Under the pieces are notes generated by a model, which saw only the letters and a program-made list of their open reading frames with translations, was not told the DNA's origin and did not search any database. A program made the position numbers and the translations under genes. Of a DNA stretch of 64,000 nt, positions 54,153-64,000 are shown piece by piece. This DNA comes from an uncultured Nitrososphaerales archaeon (lineage in GTDB: Archaea; Thermoproteota; Nitrososphaeria; Nitrososphaerales; Nitrososphaeraceae): positions 320,001 through 384,000 of the forward strand of contig CAVOHZ010000010.1 of NCBI GenBank assembly GCA_963695855.1, read 5' to 3'. Numbering within the stretch: position 1 is the first letter of the stretch; each line of letters starts with the position of its first letter.

Positions 54153-55817
54153 TTAATTTAAAGTTTTAAAAAAATCGCTTAGAACAATTTCAAATGCTGA
54201 TACAGGAACTCTAATATTGAATTCACTTATTACCTTTGGAGAAACTTCTCCAATAACTCCTATGAGACGATCTTTTATGTAAATATTTGCAGATCTTCCA
54301 GTAATAAAAAATTCATTTTCACATGATTTTGTAGATATTTCCTTGCCAAAATTAATTTTGATAATAGATCTTAACAAGGATCTCGTTTCGGTAAAACCTA
54401 TATTGTTGGAGGACATAACAACACCAAGACACCATTTCTCTGCTATTTCCTTATTGATACTAAACACTTTTCCTATCTCGAATATTTTTTGTGGGTATTC
54501 CTCATGAATATTGTGAGACAAGTTAGTCATAAGTGACGGTATAATACTGGTTCTTAAAAATTCATGTTCAGAACTTTTACTTTCATTAACTTTTAACCAG
54601 AGATGATTTATTTTCTTTGTTTTTATCGTTTTAATAGTCTTTTGATCGACTAAACTAAAATTTACAACCTCAAGCAAACCAAATCCAATGATAGTTTTTC
54701 TTAATTCGTTAAAAAATTCAATAAGAGGATTCTTCATTCCAGAGATAATTTTAAATGAAGGCACACTTGGTTCCAAATTATAAATACCATAACCTAAAGC
54801 CACTTCTTCTACAACATCTATCGTATTATTAATATCACTCCTATAATGAGGTATAACACACTGTATATCATTACCTTTGATTTTCGATGCATCTAGTCTA
54901 ACCTTTTTTAATGATTTTATTATTTCATTAGATGAAAGTTTTAACCCTAAAAGATTATTTATGTAGTCTTTTTTAACAACCATAGATTCATTGCGTAGTT
55001 TTTCTAAAGGAAAGAAACTATCCTTATTATTTTCGTTTACTGATCCAGACACGATCTCAAACCCTTCATCCAAAAAATAATGAGACAAGATAGACAAGAT
55101 ATCTAATGCAATTTTAGAATGTGTAGCAGTAATTTCTAGTAATAGGTTTTTACTTTGTTTTGTAATCTTCGTGACATCACTATTTATTATTGGTGGGAAA
55201 GATATAATCATATTATTTTTATCGAAAATAACAGGATATTTTGCAAATGATTCAACTAGATGTTTGTATTTTTGACCTACTGTCAATTTATTCAATATTT
55301 CGTTAAAATCATATTTTTCAGACTGATCAAGCGGAACAAATTCTATATCAGGAGTCTCAGCAGAATATCTCAAAGGAAATTCCATCTTATCCAGATCATG
55401 AATCCCTATAGATGCCTTCTTTCTTCCCCTTGCGATACCGTTATGGAGATCTTCTTGCATTGAAATAATTTGTTCAAGTGAATCTTGAGTAAGTTTTTTG
55501 TTCTTTGCAATAAAAAAAAAGATGAATGGTCTTATCTTTTTAACTGAATTATCTACGATAATTTTATACTGTGGATCAGTGGAATAGTTGAATTTTGGTA
55601 GACCAAGTTCTCGACCTACTAAACCATTTAACGCTCTAAAAATTCCAATATCACTTGAAAAATCAGGTCTGTTAGGATTATATTCAACCCTTACAATATT
55701 TTCATCAATACTTTCTATATCAAGCCCCAAAAATGGAAGTCGTTCTAGTATTTTTTGTAAGGAATAATCAGGAAAGGAGGATTTTATTCTAGACTTATTT
55801 ATCCTAACAACAGGCAT
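54153..55817 (-). CDS. pheT: Phenylalanine-tRNA ligase beta subunit
   Basis: NRPDF, QEDLH, IGIHD, YRSDI...DVVEEVA, LRTSIIPSL. Confidence 0.95.
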   Translation of the reverse strand: MPVVRINKSRIKSSFPDYSLQKILERLPFLGLDIESIDENIVRVEYNPNRPDFSSDIGIFRALNGLVGRELGLPKFNYSTDPQYKIIVDNSVKKIRPFIFFFIAKNKKLTQDSLEQIISMQEDLHNGIARGRKKASIGIHDLDKMEFPLRYSAETPDIEFVPLDQSEKYDFNEILNKLTVGQKYKHLVESFAKYPVIFDKNNMIISFPPIINSDVTKITKQSKNLLLEITATHSKIALDILSILSHYFLDEGFEIVSGSVNENNKDSFFPLEKLRNESMVVKKDYINNLLGLKLSSNEIIKSLKKVRLDASKIKGNDIQCVIPHYRSDINNTIDVVEEVALGYGIYNLEPSVPSFKIISGMKNPLIEFFNELRKTIIGFGLLEVVNFSLVDQKTIKTIKTKKINHLWLKVNESKSSEHEFLRTSIIPSLMTNLSHNIHEEYPQKIFEIGKVFSINKEIAEKWCLGVVMSSNNIGFTETRSLLRSIIKINFGKEISTKSCENEFFITGRSANIYIKDRLIGVIGEVSPKVISEFNIRVPVSAFEIVLSDFFKTLN

Positions 55818-57352
55818 CTTTCATTACCTCTCAACCAGCCAAGTTTATTATTATATAAATCTCGAACATCAGAAATGTCGTATCTAAGCATTGCTATTCT
55901 TTCTATTCCTCCACCCCATGCAAGTACAGGGTTTTTTATTCCTAAAGGACCTACTACTTCTGGGCGGAAGATGCCCATTCCGAAAAGTTCAATCCACTTC
56001 CCTAACCTTTGATTGTATATCATTGACTGCAACGAAGGTTCTGTATAAGGAAAAAAAGTAGGCCAAAACTTCACCTTTTTGATTCCTATTTTTTTGTAAA
56101 ATTCGATCTGTATGCCCATTAGGTCTCTTAGTGTAATATTTTTATCTGTAACTACTCCTTCTATTTGATTAAATTCAACTAGATGTTTATACGAAACTTT
56201 TTCATTTCTAAATACTCTTCCTATAGTAAATATTTTGGTCGCTTCTGTAATATTATCTGACAAATACTTGAGAGTGACAGGAGTAGTATGTGTCCTCAAT
56301 ACTAATTTTTTTGCTTGATTTCTATCCCATTTATAATGCCAACCATGTAAATGAGATTTGGCAACATTTTGAATTACTTTGTTGGTAGATAGTTCAATGG
56401 TTGTTTGATCATTGATGTAAAATGTATCTTGCATATCTCTCGCGGCATGATCCTGCGGTGTAAATAATGCATCGAAATTCCAAAAAGATGATTGCACATA
56501 ATTGCCTTCTATTTCCGTAAATCCTAGACTTACAAATGCTTCTCGGATCTCTTCAATAAGATCTGTAAGAGGATTAGTTCTTCCTGGAAACAATAATGGA
56601 GTATTGGCTTCAACATCGATTTCACGAAATTTGACGCTTTTCCATTTACCTGAAACAATCATGTCAGATGTCAAGGCTTGAACATTGTTTTCATATTGTT
56701 GAAGAGCCATATCTTTTTCTACATTCAAAAGTAAAGATTTAATTTTATTACCCGCTTCCGTCAAGGAAACTAGTTCGTCATTCTTCTTAGATAAAACCAA
56801 ATCAGGTCTTTTCCTTAGTAGCTGGAGGATGTTTATCTCATCTTTAGATAATTGTGATTGCTTTATATTATTTCCATTATCTTTTATTTTTTTTAATAAG
56901 ATCTCCTCTCCGCTATTATATTTAGAATCATCAAGAATAGACAACATCATAGCATTTTTTTTATCATGACCAATTTCAATCCATTTATTCATCTTTGATT
57001 TTGATATTGCTATATTTACCTCATTCATGGTTACTTTTCCAGTTTTTAATATTTGAGGAATTGTTGAATTTCCATTTTTTATTGCTTCTACTAATCTTCT
57101 TTCAGGAAGGCCGTTTTCTATTGATTGTTTTCCAGTTTCACCTAATGATATTCTAACATCATCTGAATTTTGAAAAATAATCAAATTTTTAAATTTTAAC
57201 CACTCTAAACCCCTTCTAATTTGGTCAATATGTAGATTTGTAAGTCGTTTTAGCGAATTTATTGATATACTTTCGTTGCTTTCTAATGAATTTAATATTC
57301 TTTTTTCTATTGGATGTAAGATATTCAAATTAGGATCTTTAAATTCGCTCAA
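55799..57352 (-). CDS. pheS: Phenylalanine-tRNA ligase alpha subunit
   Basis: FWNFDALF.PQDHAARDMQDTF, LRTHTT, FPYTEPS. Confidence 0.96.
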   Translation of the reverse strand: MSEFKDPNLNILHPIEKRILNSLESNESISINSLKRLTNLHIDQIRRGLEWLKFKNLIIFQNSDDVRISLGETGKQSIENGLPERRLVEAIKNGNSTIPQILKTGKVTMNEVNIAISKSKMNKWIEIGHDKKNAMMLSILDDSKYNSGEEILLKKIKDNGNNIKQSQLSKDEINILQLLRKRPDLVLSKKNDELVSLTEAGNKIKSLLLNVEKDMALQQYENNVQALTSDMIVSGKWKSVKFREIDVEANTPLLFPGRTNPLTDLIEEIREAFVSLGFTEIEGNYVQSSFWNFDALFTPQDHAARDMQDTFYINDQTTIELSTNKVIQNVAKSHLHGWHYKWDRNQAKKLVLRTHTTPVTLKYLSDNITEATKIFTIGRVFRNEKVSYKHLVEFNQIEGVVTDKNITLRDLMGIQIEFYKKIGIKKVKFWPTFFPYTEPSLQSMIYNQRLGKWIELFGMGIFRPEVVGPLGIKNPVLAWGGGIERIAMLRYDISDVRDLYNNKLGWLRGNERCLLLG

Positions 57353-57414
57353 ATATTCAAAACTAAAAATATTTTTTAAACGTTTAAACGTTTGTAATTT
57401 ATCTTAATAAAAAA

Positions 57415-58626
57415 ATGGACAATCAAAATAACAAAAATAGCAATAAAGATAATTCTGTTAATGAATATAATAACGATAATAACTCTTTTGAGCATGACAG
57501 TAAGTTACCTAATGATATTTTTGTCACTCCTTGGGAAGTACATGGGAAGCTTGGAGAAGAAAACTATGTCAAACTAATGAAAAAATTTGGCACTCAAGCA
57601 ATATCTATGGAATTATTAGAAAAGATTAAAAAAATCACTGGTGAAATTCATCCTCTAATTAAATTTCGTTATTTTTTCTCACATAGAGATTTTGACTGGG
57701 TATTAAATAAATATGAAAATGGAGAGTCTTTTTATTTGTATACAGGAAGGGGACCATCTGGACTTATACATATGGGACATATTTTACCGTGGATGTTTAC
57801 TAGATATATGCAAGATAAATTCAAATCGAAATTACTTTTTCAAATAACAGATGACGAAAAGTTTCTATATAATCCTGATCTTGACAGGGACAAAATTGCA
57901 GAATATACTTATGAAAATATTTTAGACGTAATAGCAATAGGGTTTAAACCTGAGCTAACGAAAATAATAGTGGATACTAAACACATAAAACATTTATATC
58001 CAATAGCTACAGAAATTGCAAAAAAAATAACTTTTTCTACTGCCAAAGCAGTATTCGGATTTACGACGATGACAAATATTGGAATGATAGGTTTCCCTCC
58101 CATTCAGGCAGCTCCTTGCTTTCTTCCATCAATAATAGAAAAAAAACCAACACCCGTCTTGATCCCAGCTGCTATAGATCAAGATCCATATTGGAGAATT
58201 ACAAGGGATGTAGCAGAAAAACTTGGATTTTATAAACCTGCCCAAATACACAGTAAATTCTTACCAAGTTTATCAAATTCATCAAAAATGTCTTCATCTA
58301 AACCAGAAACCGCTATTTTTACAACTGATGAACCAGAAATAGTTGAAAAAAAAGTATTATCTTCATTTACAGGAGGTCAGCCAACGATAGATCTTCAAAA
58401 AAAATTAGGTGCCAATGCCAATATTTGTCCTGTGTTTTGGTACTTAAAATATTTTTTTGATTCCGAAAAGGCCTCAACCGAAAGATATTATAGATGCAAG
58501 AGTGGAAATTTATTGTGTGGAGAATGCAAAAACCAACTGGCGGAAAAATCAAAGGAATTCATAATTGAATTTAAAAAAAGAAGAGAAAAAGCTCGAGACA
58601 AGATAGCTGATTTTATGTTCGAATGA
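57415..58626 (+). CDS. trpS: Tryptophan-tRNA ligase
   Basis: VTPWEV, YTGRGPS, HMGH, DQDPY, KMSSS. Confidence 0.96.
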   Translation: MDNQNNKNSNKDNSVNEYNNDNNSFEHDSKLPNDIFVTPWEVHGKLGEENYVKLMKKFGTQAISMELLEKIKKITGEIHPLIKFRYFFSHRDFDWVLNKYENGESFYLYTGRGPSGLIHMGHILPWMFTRYMQDKFKSKLLFQITDDEKFLYNPDLDRDKIAEYTYENILDVIAIGFKPELTKIIVDTKHIKHLYPIATEIAKKITFSTAKAVFGFTTMTNIGMIGFPPIQAAPCFLPSIIEKKPTPVLIPAAIDQDPYWRITRDVAEKLGFYKPAQIHSKFLPSLSNSSKMSSSKPETAIFTTDEPEIVEKKVLSSFTGGQPTIDLQKKLGANANICPVFWYLKYFFDSEKASTERYYRCKSGNLLCGECKNQLAEKSKEFIIEFKKRREKARDKIADFMFE

Positions 58627-58937
58627 GAATTGATGATATGAAGATAATCGAAAAGTATCTCTGTTCGGATGAATATGAGAAAGAGAAACTATGTAGACTC
58701 TTTTCAATTCAACAGGATCAATCTATTTATATTTTGGATGTTATGGATGTTATTGAAAATGAGATAATAATTATGTTGAGAGATAGATCTTGCCATAGTG
58801 TGACTATGAAAGATAACCTTTTCGCATCAAATCTATCGAGATTAATTACAGATATCAAGCAAAACAAAAGAAAATTTATAGAATTAATAAACTCTCCCTC
58901 TATAGAAGAAGTGGTAATAATTTCTATAAGCAATTAA
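58623..58937 (+). CDS. Hypothetical protein
   Basis: ATGA overlap with the trpS stop. Confidence 0.55.
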   Translation: MRIDDMKIIEKYLCSDEYEKEKLCRLFSIQQDQSIYILDVMDVIENEIIIMLRDRSCHSVTMKDNLFASNLSRLITDIKQNKRKFIELINSPSIEEVVIISISN

Positions 58938-58982
58938 GAGCATTAATCTTTTTGAAATAGTAAACTATTTCTCATCGTTTGT

Positions 58983-59054
58983 TTCTTGTTTTCTTACTTT
59001 TCTTGTGATTCTTGTTTTCTTACTTTTCTTGTGATTCTTGTTTTCTTACTTTTC
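58983..59054. repeat. 26-bp tandem repeat (2.8 copies) across the 3' end of 58994..59452
   Basis: ttcttgttttcttacttttcttgtga at 58983 and 59009, partial at 59035. Confidence 0.9.
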
Positions 59055-59452
59055 CTTTGTTTCTTTATCTTTATACTTTTTAATTTAGATACATTTTTGT
59101 TAGTTGTGGATTCAACATTAGTAGAAAATTTTAGCGAATCGATTAAAATTTCTTGAATTTTCCTAAAATATAATCCTGTCGAATATGGCATTAATGAAAT
59201 ATTTTCTTCTATAGAATCCAAAACAAAAGGAACTGCTCTTTTAGAAAGATCTAATTTAAATTTCATCCATAACAAACGATCCTGTACAAAATGAATTTTA
59301 TCTTTTAATTCCTCAGGAGCAGTTTCTTTTGACCATTCTTCAATTCTTTTGTACCAATAGGCCAGGGTTTCCGGTTCTAATCCTGATCTGAGATCTTGAA
59401 TATATTCGTCAATTTTGGACGATGCAAAATTAACTGGATTATCATAATACAC
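58994..59452 (-). CDS. Conserved thaumarchaeal hypothetical protein with a basic tail
   Basis: WYKRIE...MKFKLDLSKRAVP...MPYSTGLYFRK. Confidence 0.65.
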   Translation of the reverse strand: MYYDNPVNFASSKIDEYIQDLRSGLEPETLAYWYKRIEEWSKETAPEELKDKIHFVQDRLLWMKFKLDLSKRAVPFVLDSIEENISLMPYSTGLYFRKIQEILIDSLKFSTNVESTTNKNVSKLKSIKIKKQRKSKKTRITRKVRKQESQEK

Positions 59453-59509
59453 TAATTTGAATAAAATGCATTATGGATATAATTGGATTGATTAAGAAAA
59501 ATTGGCTTT

Positions 59510-60088
59510 TTAATCGGATAAAATATTTCCTTTTTCATCAATTTCACCCTGTCTTATTCTTGTCGAAGAAAGTGGCCTTCCATCCATAGAATTTACCATT
59601 TTTATAACTACTACTTTTAATGGTCTCAGGTTTTTGCTAACTCGTATCCTGTTTATTTCAGTAGTTTTAACATAAGTTTCTTCGCTTACCACAATTGCTT
59701 CAATTTTAACGGATGAGATTACAGGTCCAAAGTAATCTTCTAATTTTACTATTTCATAAGATGGGTTTTCAAAATTATTGGAAATAGTTTGTTTCAGGCT
59801 TTCAAGACGCTTTTCATAATTATGTCGTATGTTAAATTCTGTTTTAAATTTTTTTATAAATTCATCGCTAGTGAGACCAATTATTACATTTTGTCCTACG
59901 CGAAATGTTTCGAATAATAATTTTAAGTGACCTTGGTGAATACAATCAAATGTCCCACCAGTAGCTACTAAATTGAATTTTTTTTTCAATACAATCTCTG
60001 CTTTGAACTTAAAGAAGGTTAACGTGATTATAGATATGATAGATTTTATGTTTATTTTTGGAATATCTTTATTGCTTGTGGAGGACAC
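59510..60088 (-). CDS. coaD: Archaeal phosphopantetheine adenylyltransferase (true start probably near 60000)
   Basis: VATGGTFD..HQGH, IGLTSD, AIVVSEET, LSSTRIR.GEID. Confidence 0.9.
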   Translation of the reverse strand: MSSTSNKDIPKINIKSIISIITLTFFKFKAEIVLKKKFNLVATGGTFDCIHQGHLKLLFETFRVGQNVIIGLTSDEFIKKFKTEFNIRHNYEKRLESLKQTISNNFENPSYEIVKLEDYFGPVISSVKIEAIVVSEETYVKTTEINRIRVSKNLRPLKVVVIKMVNSMDGRPLSSTRIRQGEIDEKGNILSD

Positions 60089-60698
60089 ACATTTTCACAT
60101 GCCAGACAGAAAATACAATCTTTCTCTCTAGCCATTATTGGTTTCTTGTCAGAACCAGGGTGCCCGGGAGTATCTAACCATTCATAGACATTTACTGGAC
60201 ATGCTTCAATACAAGCGCCGTCTCCTATACAAATATCAAAGTCAACACATACGCTATCTCCCCATATTCCCAACTGTCCTGGTGCATCAACTGGTCCCCA
60301 GACCGTTATTCCCTTGAATTTACCTGTTGTTGTACGTTTGGTTTTAAAGGAGGTATCTATTGGACCATCTACTTTTGAATAACTTGTTCCTGAACCGGTA
60401 AGTGAAATACTAGTTTCACCAAGTTGTGAAATTCCAGCAGGTCCTATATCAGGACTAGAAGGTGTCGTGGCAAGTACAGTTTGCACATTAGGTTGACCAA
60501 TTGCAGCAGTTTGTGATGGAATTTCTTTTATGAATTGAGCAGCAACGAATTTTTCTCTCTTCACAACACACAGTTGTTCGTGTACCTCCCTCATACTTTC
60601 TAATGTAGTAGGGTTTGAATGTAAAAGGAGAGAACCGCAATCACTGCATACATATTCTTGGGACACGGTATAATATTCTAAATAGTCATTTATCAACA
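60052..60698 (-). CDS. Dicluster 4Fe-4S ferredoxin with an N-terminal Zn-finger-like domain (ORF-track start 60852 probably too long)
   Basis: YVCSDCG...H...C; C-terminus near-identical to 43706..44755. Confidence 0.85.
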
Positions 60699-60867
60699 TT
60701 TGGTTATCGAGTGTACTTTCGATCCAAAATATTCTTAAATTTTGGCAAATTTTTATCGTCCACCTATGAGAAATAATTATCATATGGTTTTTCACATTTT
60801 TGAAATAAAGTAACTTGGAAATATCAAATAAAATAAAATAGATGTTGATCATTAATCAATTTTATAC

Positions 60868-61569
60868 GTGTTCGGATTAGGATATACTTTTTGGAGTGAA
60901 GTTATTTCAGTATTAAAAGAAATAATTCCTGTATACGATAAAGTAAATCAAGTCATTTCCTTGGGAAAGGCCGAATCTTATCGATTTATTGGTATAAGTG
61001 AAAATATCCGTCCGGGTAATTTTATATTAGATGCTGGATCGGGATTTGGAAACATGTCAATAACAGCATCTAGATATACTAATCATCAAGTTAAGATAAT
61101 ATTGTATGATCCAATTTTAGAGATGTTGAAAAATTCTAGCCAAATTATGAAATTGGAAACATCATTCTCAAAATCTTCTGGTATTTTTGAATACATGCCA
61201 TTTAGAGATGAGACATTTGATATTGTAATGTGTGGTTATTCATTAAGAGATGCGATCAATCTTGAAAATGCAATATCTGAGGTATACAGAATACTAAAAA
61301 AAGAGGGCAAATTTATAATAGTCGATTTAGGAAAGCCAGACAATTATTTTTTTAGGATTATGGTCAATTTTTATTTAAAATACATCTTAAAAATATTAGC
61401 TTATCTAGCCGCTGGAGAACGTGGATTGCAATTTAAAACGCTCTATGGCACTTATCTAAGATGGCCTCAAAATGGTATTCTTTATTCGTTATTATCCACT
61501 AGATTCTCAGATGTTGATTTTAAAAGAAAAATGAATGGAGCATCCATTATTGTTTCCGCAACAAAGTAA
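60868..61569 (+). CDS. UbiE/MenG-like class I SAM methyltransferase
   Basis: YDKVN, ILDAGSGFG, MPFRDETFD. Confidence 0.85.
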   Translation: MFGLGYTFWSEVISVLKEIIPVYDKVNQVISLGKAESYRFIGISENIRPGNFILDAGSGFGNMSITASRYTNHQVKIILYDPILEMLKNSSQIMKLETSFSKSSGIFEYMPFRDETFDIVMCGYSLRDAINLENAISEVYRILKKEGKFIIVDLGKPDNYFFRIMVNFYLKYILKILAYLAAGERGLQFKTLYGTYLRWPQNGILYSLLSTRFSDVDFKRKMNGASIIVSATK

Positions 61570-61816
61570 ATGGGTATATTCAATTTTATCAAACAGGCAT
61601 GTCTTATAAAATTAAGAGAAGCGTATACAATTTAGAAAGAGCATTATTATAAAAATTGAATTATTTTGATTTAAATAACTGTCTCGTTACTAATATTATC
61701 CCAATTATTGGAAACATTGATAGAAAAATGTAGGGAAAGATAGCCAAATATATTGAAGGTTCAAAAATTTCCATTTTCGTATTCAGTTTTATTTAAATTA
61801 TGTCCAATTTATTTAC

Positions 61817-63271
61817 TTATTTAAATTTAGCATCTGCTTCGTTAAGAAAACCATCTAATTTAGACTTCCAATCTATAAATTTTTCAGGGATATCAGGATA
61901 ATTATAGTAGTGATCCACAAGTTTTTTGTTAAGTTCAGAAGTAAATTTTAGATCATCTGCCAGTTTCTTGTTTAATGCACCCCTAATCAACATGCCTAGT
62001 TTATCCAAAGCTCCGAATTCAGGATGTTCTCCATTAGCGATTTTCTCGATATCGAATTTAGAAAGAAAATGTTTCATCCCATAATCTATCTGTTCATTTG
62101 TAAGAGTCTGAAGCATCCGACGAAAAACTTCCAATCCAGCAGTTTTGTATCCATAGTCATCGATAAAATCCTTATTGTATTTCCACAGACTCTTTTCCGA
62201 AACATCTGAAGACTCTATTGCGGCCACAGCATCTTTCCCTGCTATTGTTGCGGCAATTATAGCAGGGCCTATTCCTCCTGCATCTAATGGTTTTGGCATC
62301 CATGCAGAATCTCCTACCATCATGTATCCATTACAAACAAGACAGTCGTTTTGTCTTCTTACTGAAACCTGCCAGGTACCCCAAGCATTCCCTTGATCAT
62401 CGCCATCAGGTAATTCCGGTTCAGATATTACGGGATTAATTTGCACATACTCGTCAATTAGATTCTTGAGATTTTTGTTTTTTCCATATTGTTTATTATA
62501 TGTATTAAATGCTTTTTGCTGTACACCTAAACCAATATTTACTTTATTTTTCCCCTTTGGAAATACCCATGCATAACCACCAGGAGCTAGTTTTTGATCA
62601 AGATGAATTATACAATAATCTGGATCAAAATATGTCTTTTCATCATTACATATTTTAAAATTATAGATATATCTGCCTGTAGATTCCAGATCATCCCGAT
62701 CTATTTTCTTTTGAATGAATGACTTGACTGCTAGGTTGGTTCGTAATACCGATGTGACTCCTGTACAATCAATTATTAATTTTGCAGTTTTTTTGAAGGT
62801 TTGTTTTGTTTTCAGGTTTTCACCATCTACACCAATTATGTAATTATTATTAGAGATTAATGATCGTAGAGCAATATTATCAACAACTTCAACTCCCATT
62901 TTTAAAGCATCTTTTAATTGCCGTTGAGGTAAAATTCTTCTGTTAAGAATATAACCATCGCCGTCAAAAGAAATTCCAGTTTCGTGATCAGGAGAATAGG
63001 CGATTACCCCTTTTACCGGATGCTCTATTTCTGGAGACCCCCAGGATATACCTGTTCTATTTGTCATGTAATCAACACTGTTCTTTCCTACTGCATCTCC
63101 ACAAACCCAACCGTTCACTGTTTTCTTTCCTAAATCGGAAAATGAATTCCTGTCGATTACAAGTATCCTGAGAGATTGGTTAGAATAGTAAGCAGCTGAG
63201 GTAGCAGCTATCATTCCTGCCAACCCACCACCAGCTACAATGATATCATAATCGTGCGTATCTTGCAACAT
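61817..63271 (-). CDS. Geranylgeranyl-reductase-family FAD oxidoreductase
   Basis: GGGLAG, CGDAV, PGGYAWVFPK, VGDSA..PKPLDAGGI. Confidence 0.9.
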   Translation of the reverse strand: MLQDTHDYDIIVAGGGLAGMIAATSAAYYSNQSLRILVIDRNSFSDLGKKTVNGWVCGDAVGKNSVDYMTNRTGISWGSPEIEHPVKGVIAYSPDHETGISFDGDGYILNRRILPQRQLKDALKMGVEVVDNIALRSLISNNNYIIGVDGENLKTKQTFKKTAKLIIDCTGVTSVLRTNLAVKSFIQKKIDRDDLESTGRYIYNFKICNDEKTYFDPDYCIIHLDQKLAPGGYAWVFPKGKNKVNIGLGVQQKAFNTYNKQYGKNKNLKNLIDEYVQINPVISEPELPDGDDQGNAWGTWQVSVRRQNDCLVCNGYMMVGDSAWMPKPLDAGGIGPAIIAATIAGKDAVAAIESSDVSEKSLWKYNKDFIDDYGYKTAGLEVFRRMLQTLTNEQIDYGMKHFLSKFDIEKIANGEHPEFGALDKLGMLIRGALNKKLADDLKFTSELNKKLVDHYYNYPDIPEKFIDWKSKLDGFLNEADAKFK

Positions 63272-63547
63272 AAATATGATTTTTGTAAATTTACAATATT
63301 TATAGTTAAGTTAATTTTCTATGATTCATCTATAACTATGTTGCATAGTTCTAAAGTAATTTTTTACTATACCTAATAAAGATAATTTTCATAATGTTAT
63401 TGATATCAAATGAATACTTCCAGTTAAGGCAAAATCGCATGTAAAAAACCTTACATTTAAAATCCTAGAAGTTAAAAGCTGTTTTATAAAGATTATAAAA
63501 ATTAATAAATAGCAATTTAAGGTTATGAAATATCTTTATAAGAGAAT

Positions 63548-63853
63548 TCATTTAGAATCTATAAAATATTTGTAACGTTTTTCTACTTCTTTATTATTTC
63601 CATACAATACGTTATCAATTTCTCTCTTTAATAGATCCAATGCATATTTTTTAAACTTATTTCCTTCTTCCGTTTCAGGAAAAGTTGACAATGTATATTC
63701 AAAATGTTTCATAAATTCAACAACTTTTTTTCTGAATTCTTCCTTTGTAGGATAATCCGCTTGAGTAATCTTGTACCATGTAGTTGTGCAAGCAGTAGAA
63801 TATAACTTTGCAAGATCTTCTACAAGTCGTTCGATCTCAAAAAAGTCAGGCAT
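63548..63853 (-). CDS. Conserved hypothetical protein
   Basis: Intact ORF with an ATG start. Confidence 0.6.
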   Translation of the reverse strand: MPDFFEIERLVEDLAKLYSTACTTTWYKITQADYPTKEEFRKKVVEFMKHFEYTLSTFPETEEGNKFKKYALDLLKREIDNVLYGNNKEVEKRYKYFIDSK

Positions 63854-64000
63854 TAATTATAAAAAAGAAGTTATCTAATATATTTCTGAAGGCTGAAGAG
63901 GATTGAAAATATCATCGTATATGTGGCTTTATAGTTATTATTATTCTTGAGCTACAGAGGATATCTTTACATCTATTCCTGATAGTAACTTCGGTAACTC

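Overview
AT-rich archaeal DNA, most consistent with a soil ammonia-oxidising archaeon of the Nitrososphaeraceae (Ca. Nitrosocosmicus-like). The evidence is rpl15e, archaeal PheST/TrpS/CoaD, a geranylgeranyl reductase, an intron-containing tRNA-Ala and the style of the hypothetical proteins. The window has three zones. (1) About 1-17.1 kb is decayed mobile DNA: two IS630 elements, a truncated terminase pair, a ParB-like gene, two facing 9-bp iteron arrays, and five copies or remnants of a modular Cys-containing secreted-protein family with shared upstream and downstream cassettes. (2) About 17.6-41 kb is an accessory stress/dormancy-like island: cyclase-REC, MgtC pseudogene, P-type ATPase, PRTase, a biotin acyl-CoA carboxylase trio, GT4/GH130, pncAB, three CBS proteins, Hsp20 and an RHH regulator. 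A TTGCAnTGCAA-type palindrome sits upstream of several of its promoters. (3) About 41-64 kb is mostly core genome, containing two ferredoxins with a near-identical 354-bp 3' module, a dead IS5-like element, and a YcaO-TfuA thioamidation pair divergent from a 58-aa NHLP-leader-like peptide. The YcaO-TfuA-peptide locus is the best candidate for an undescribed system. All family assignments are from motif recognition by eye; no database searches were run.
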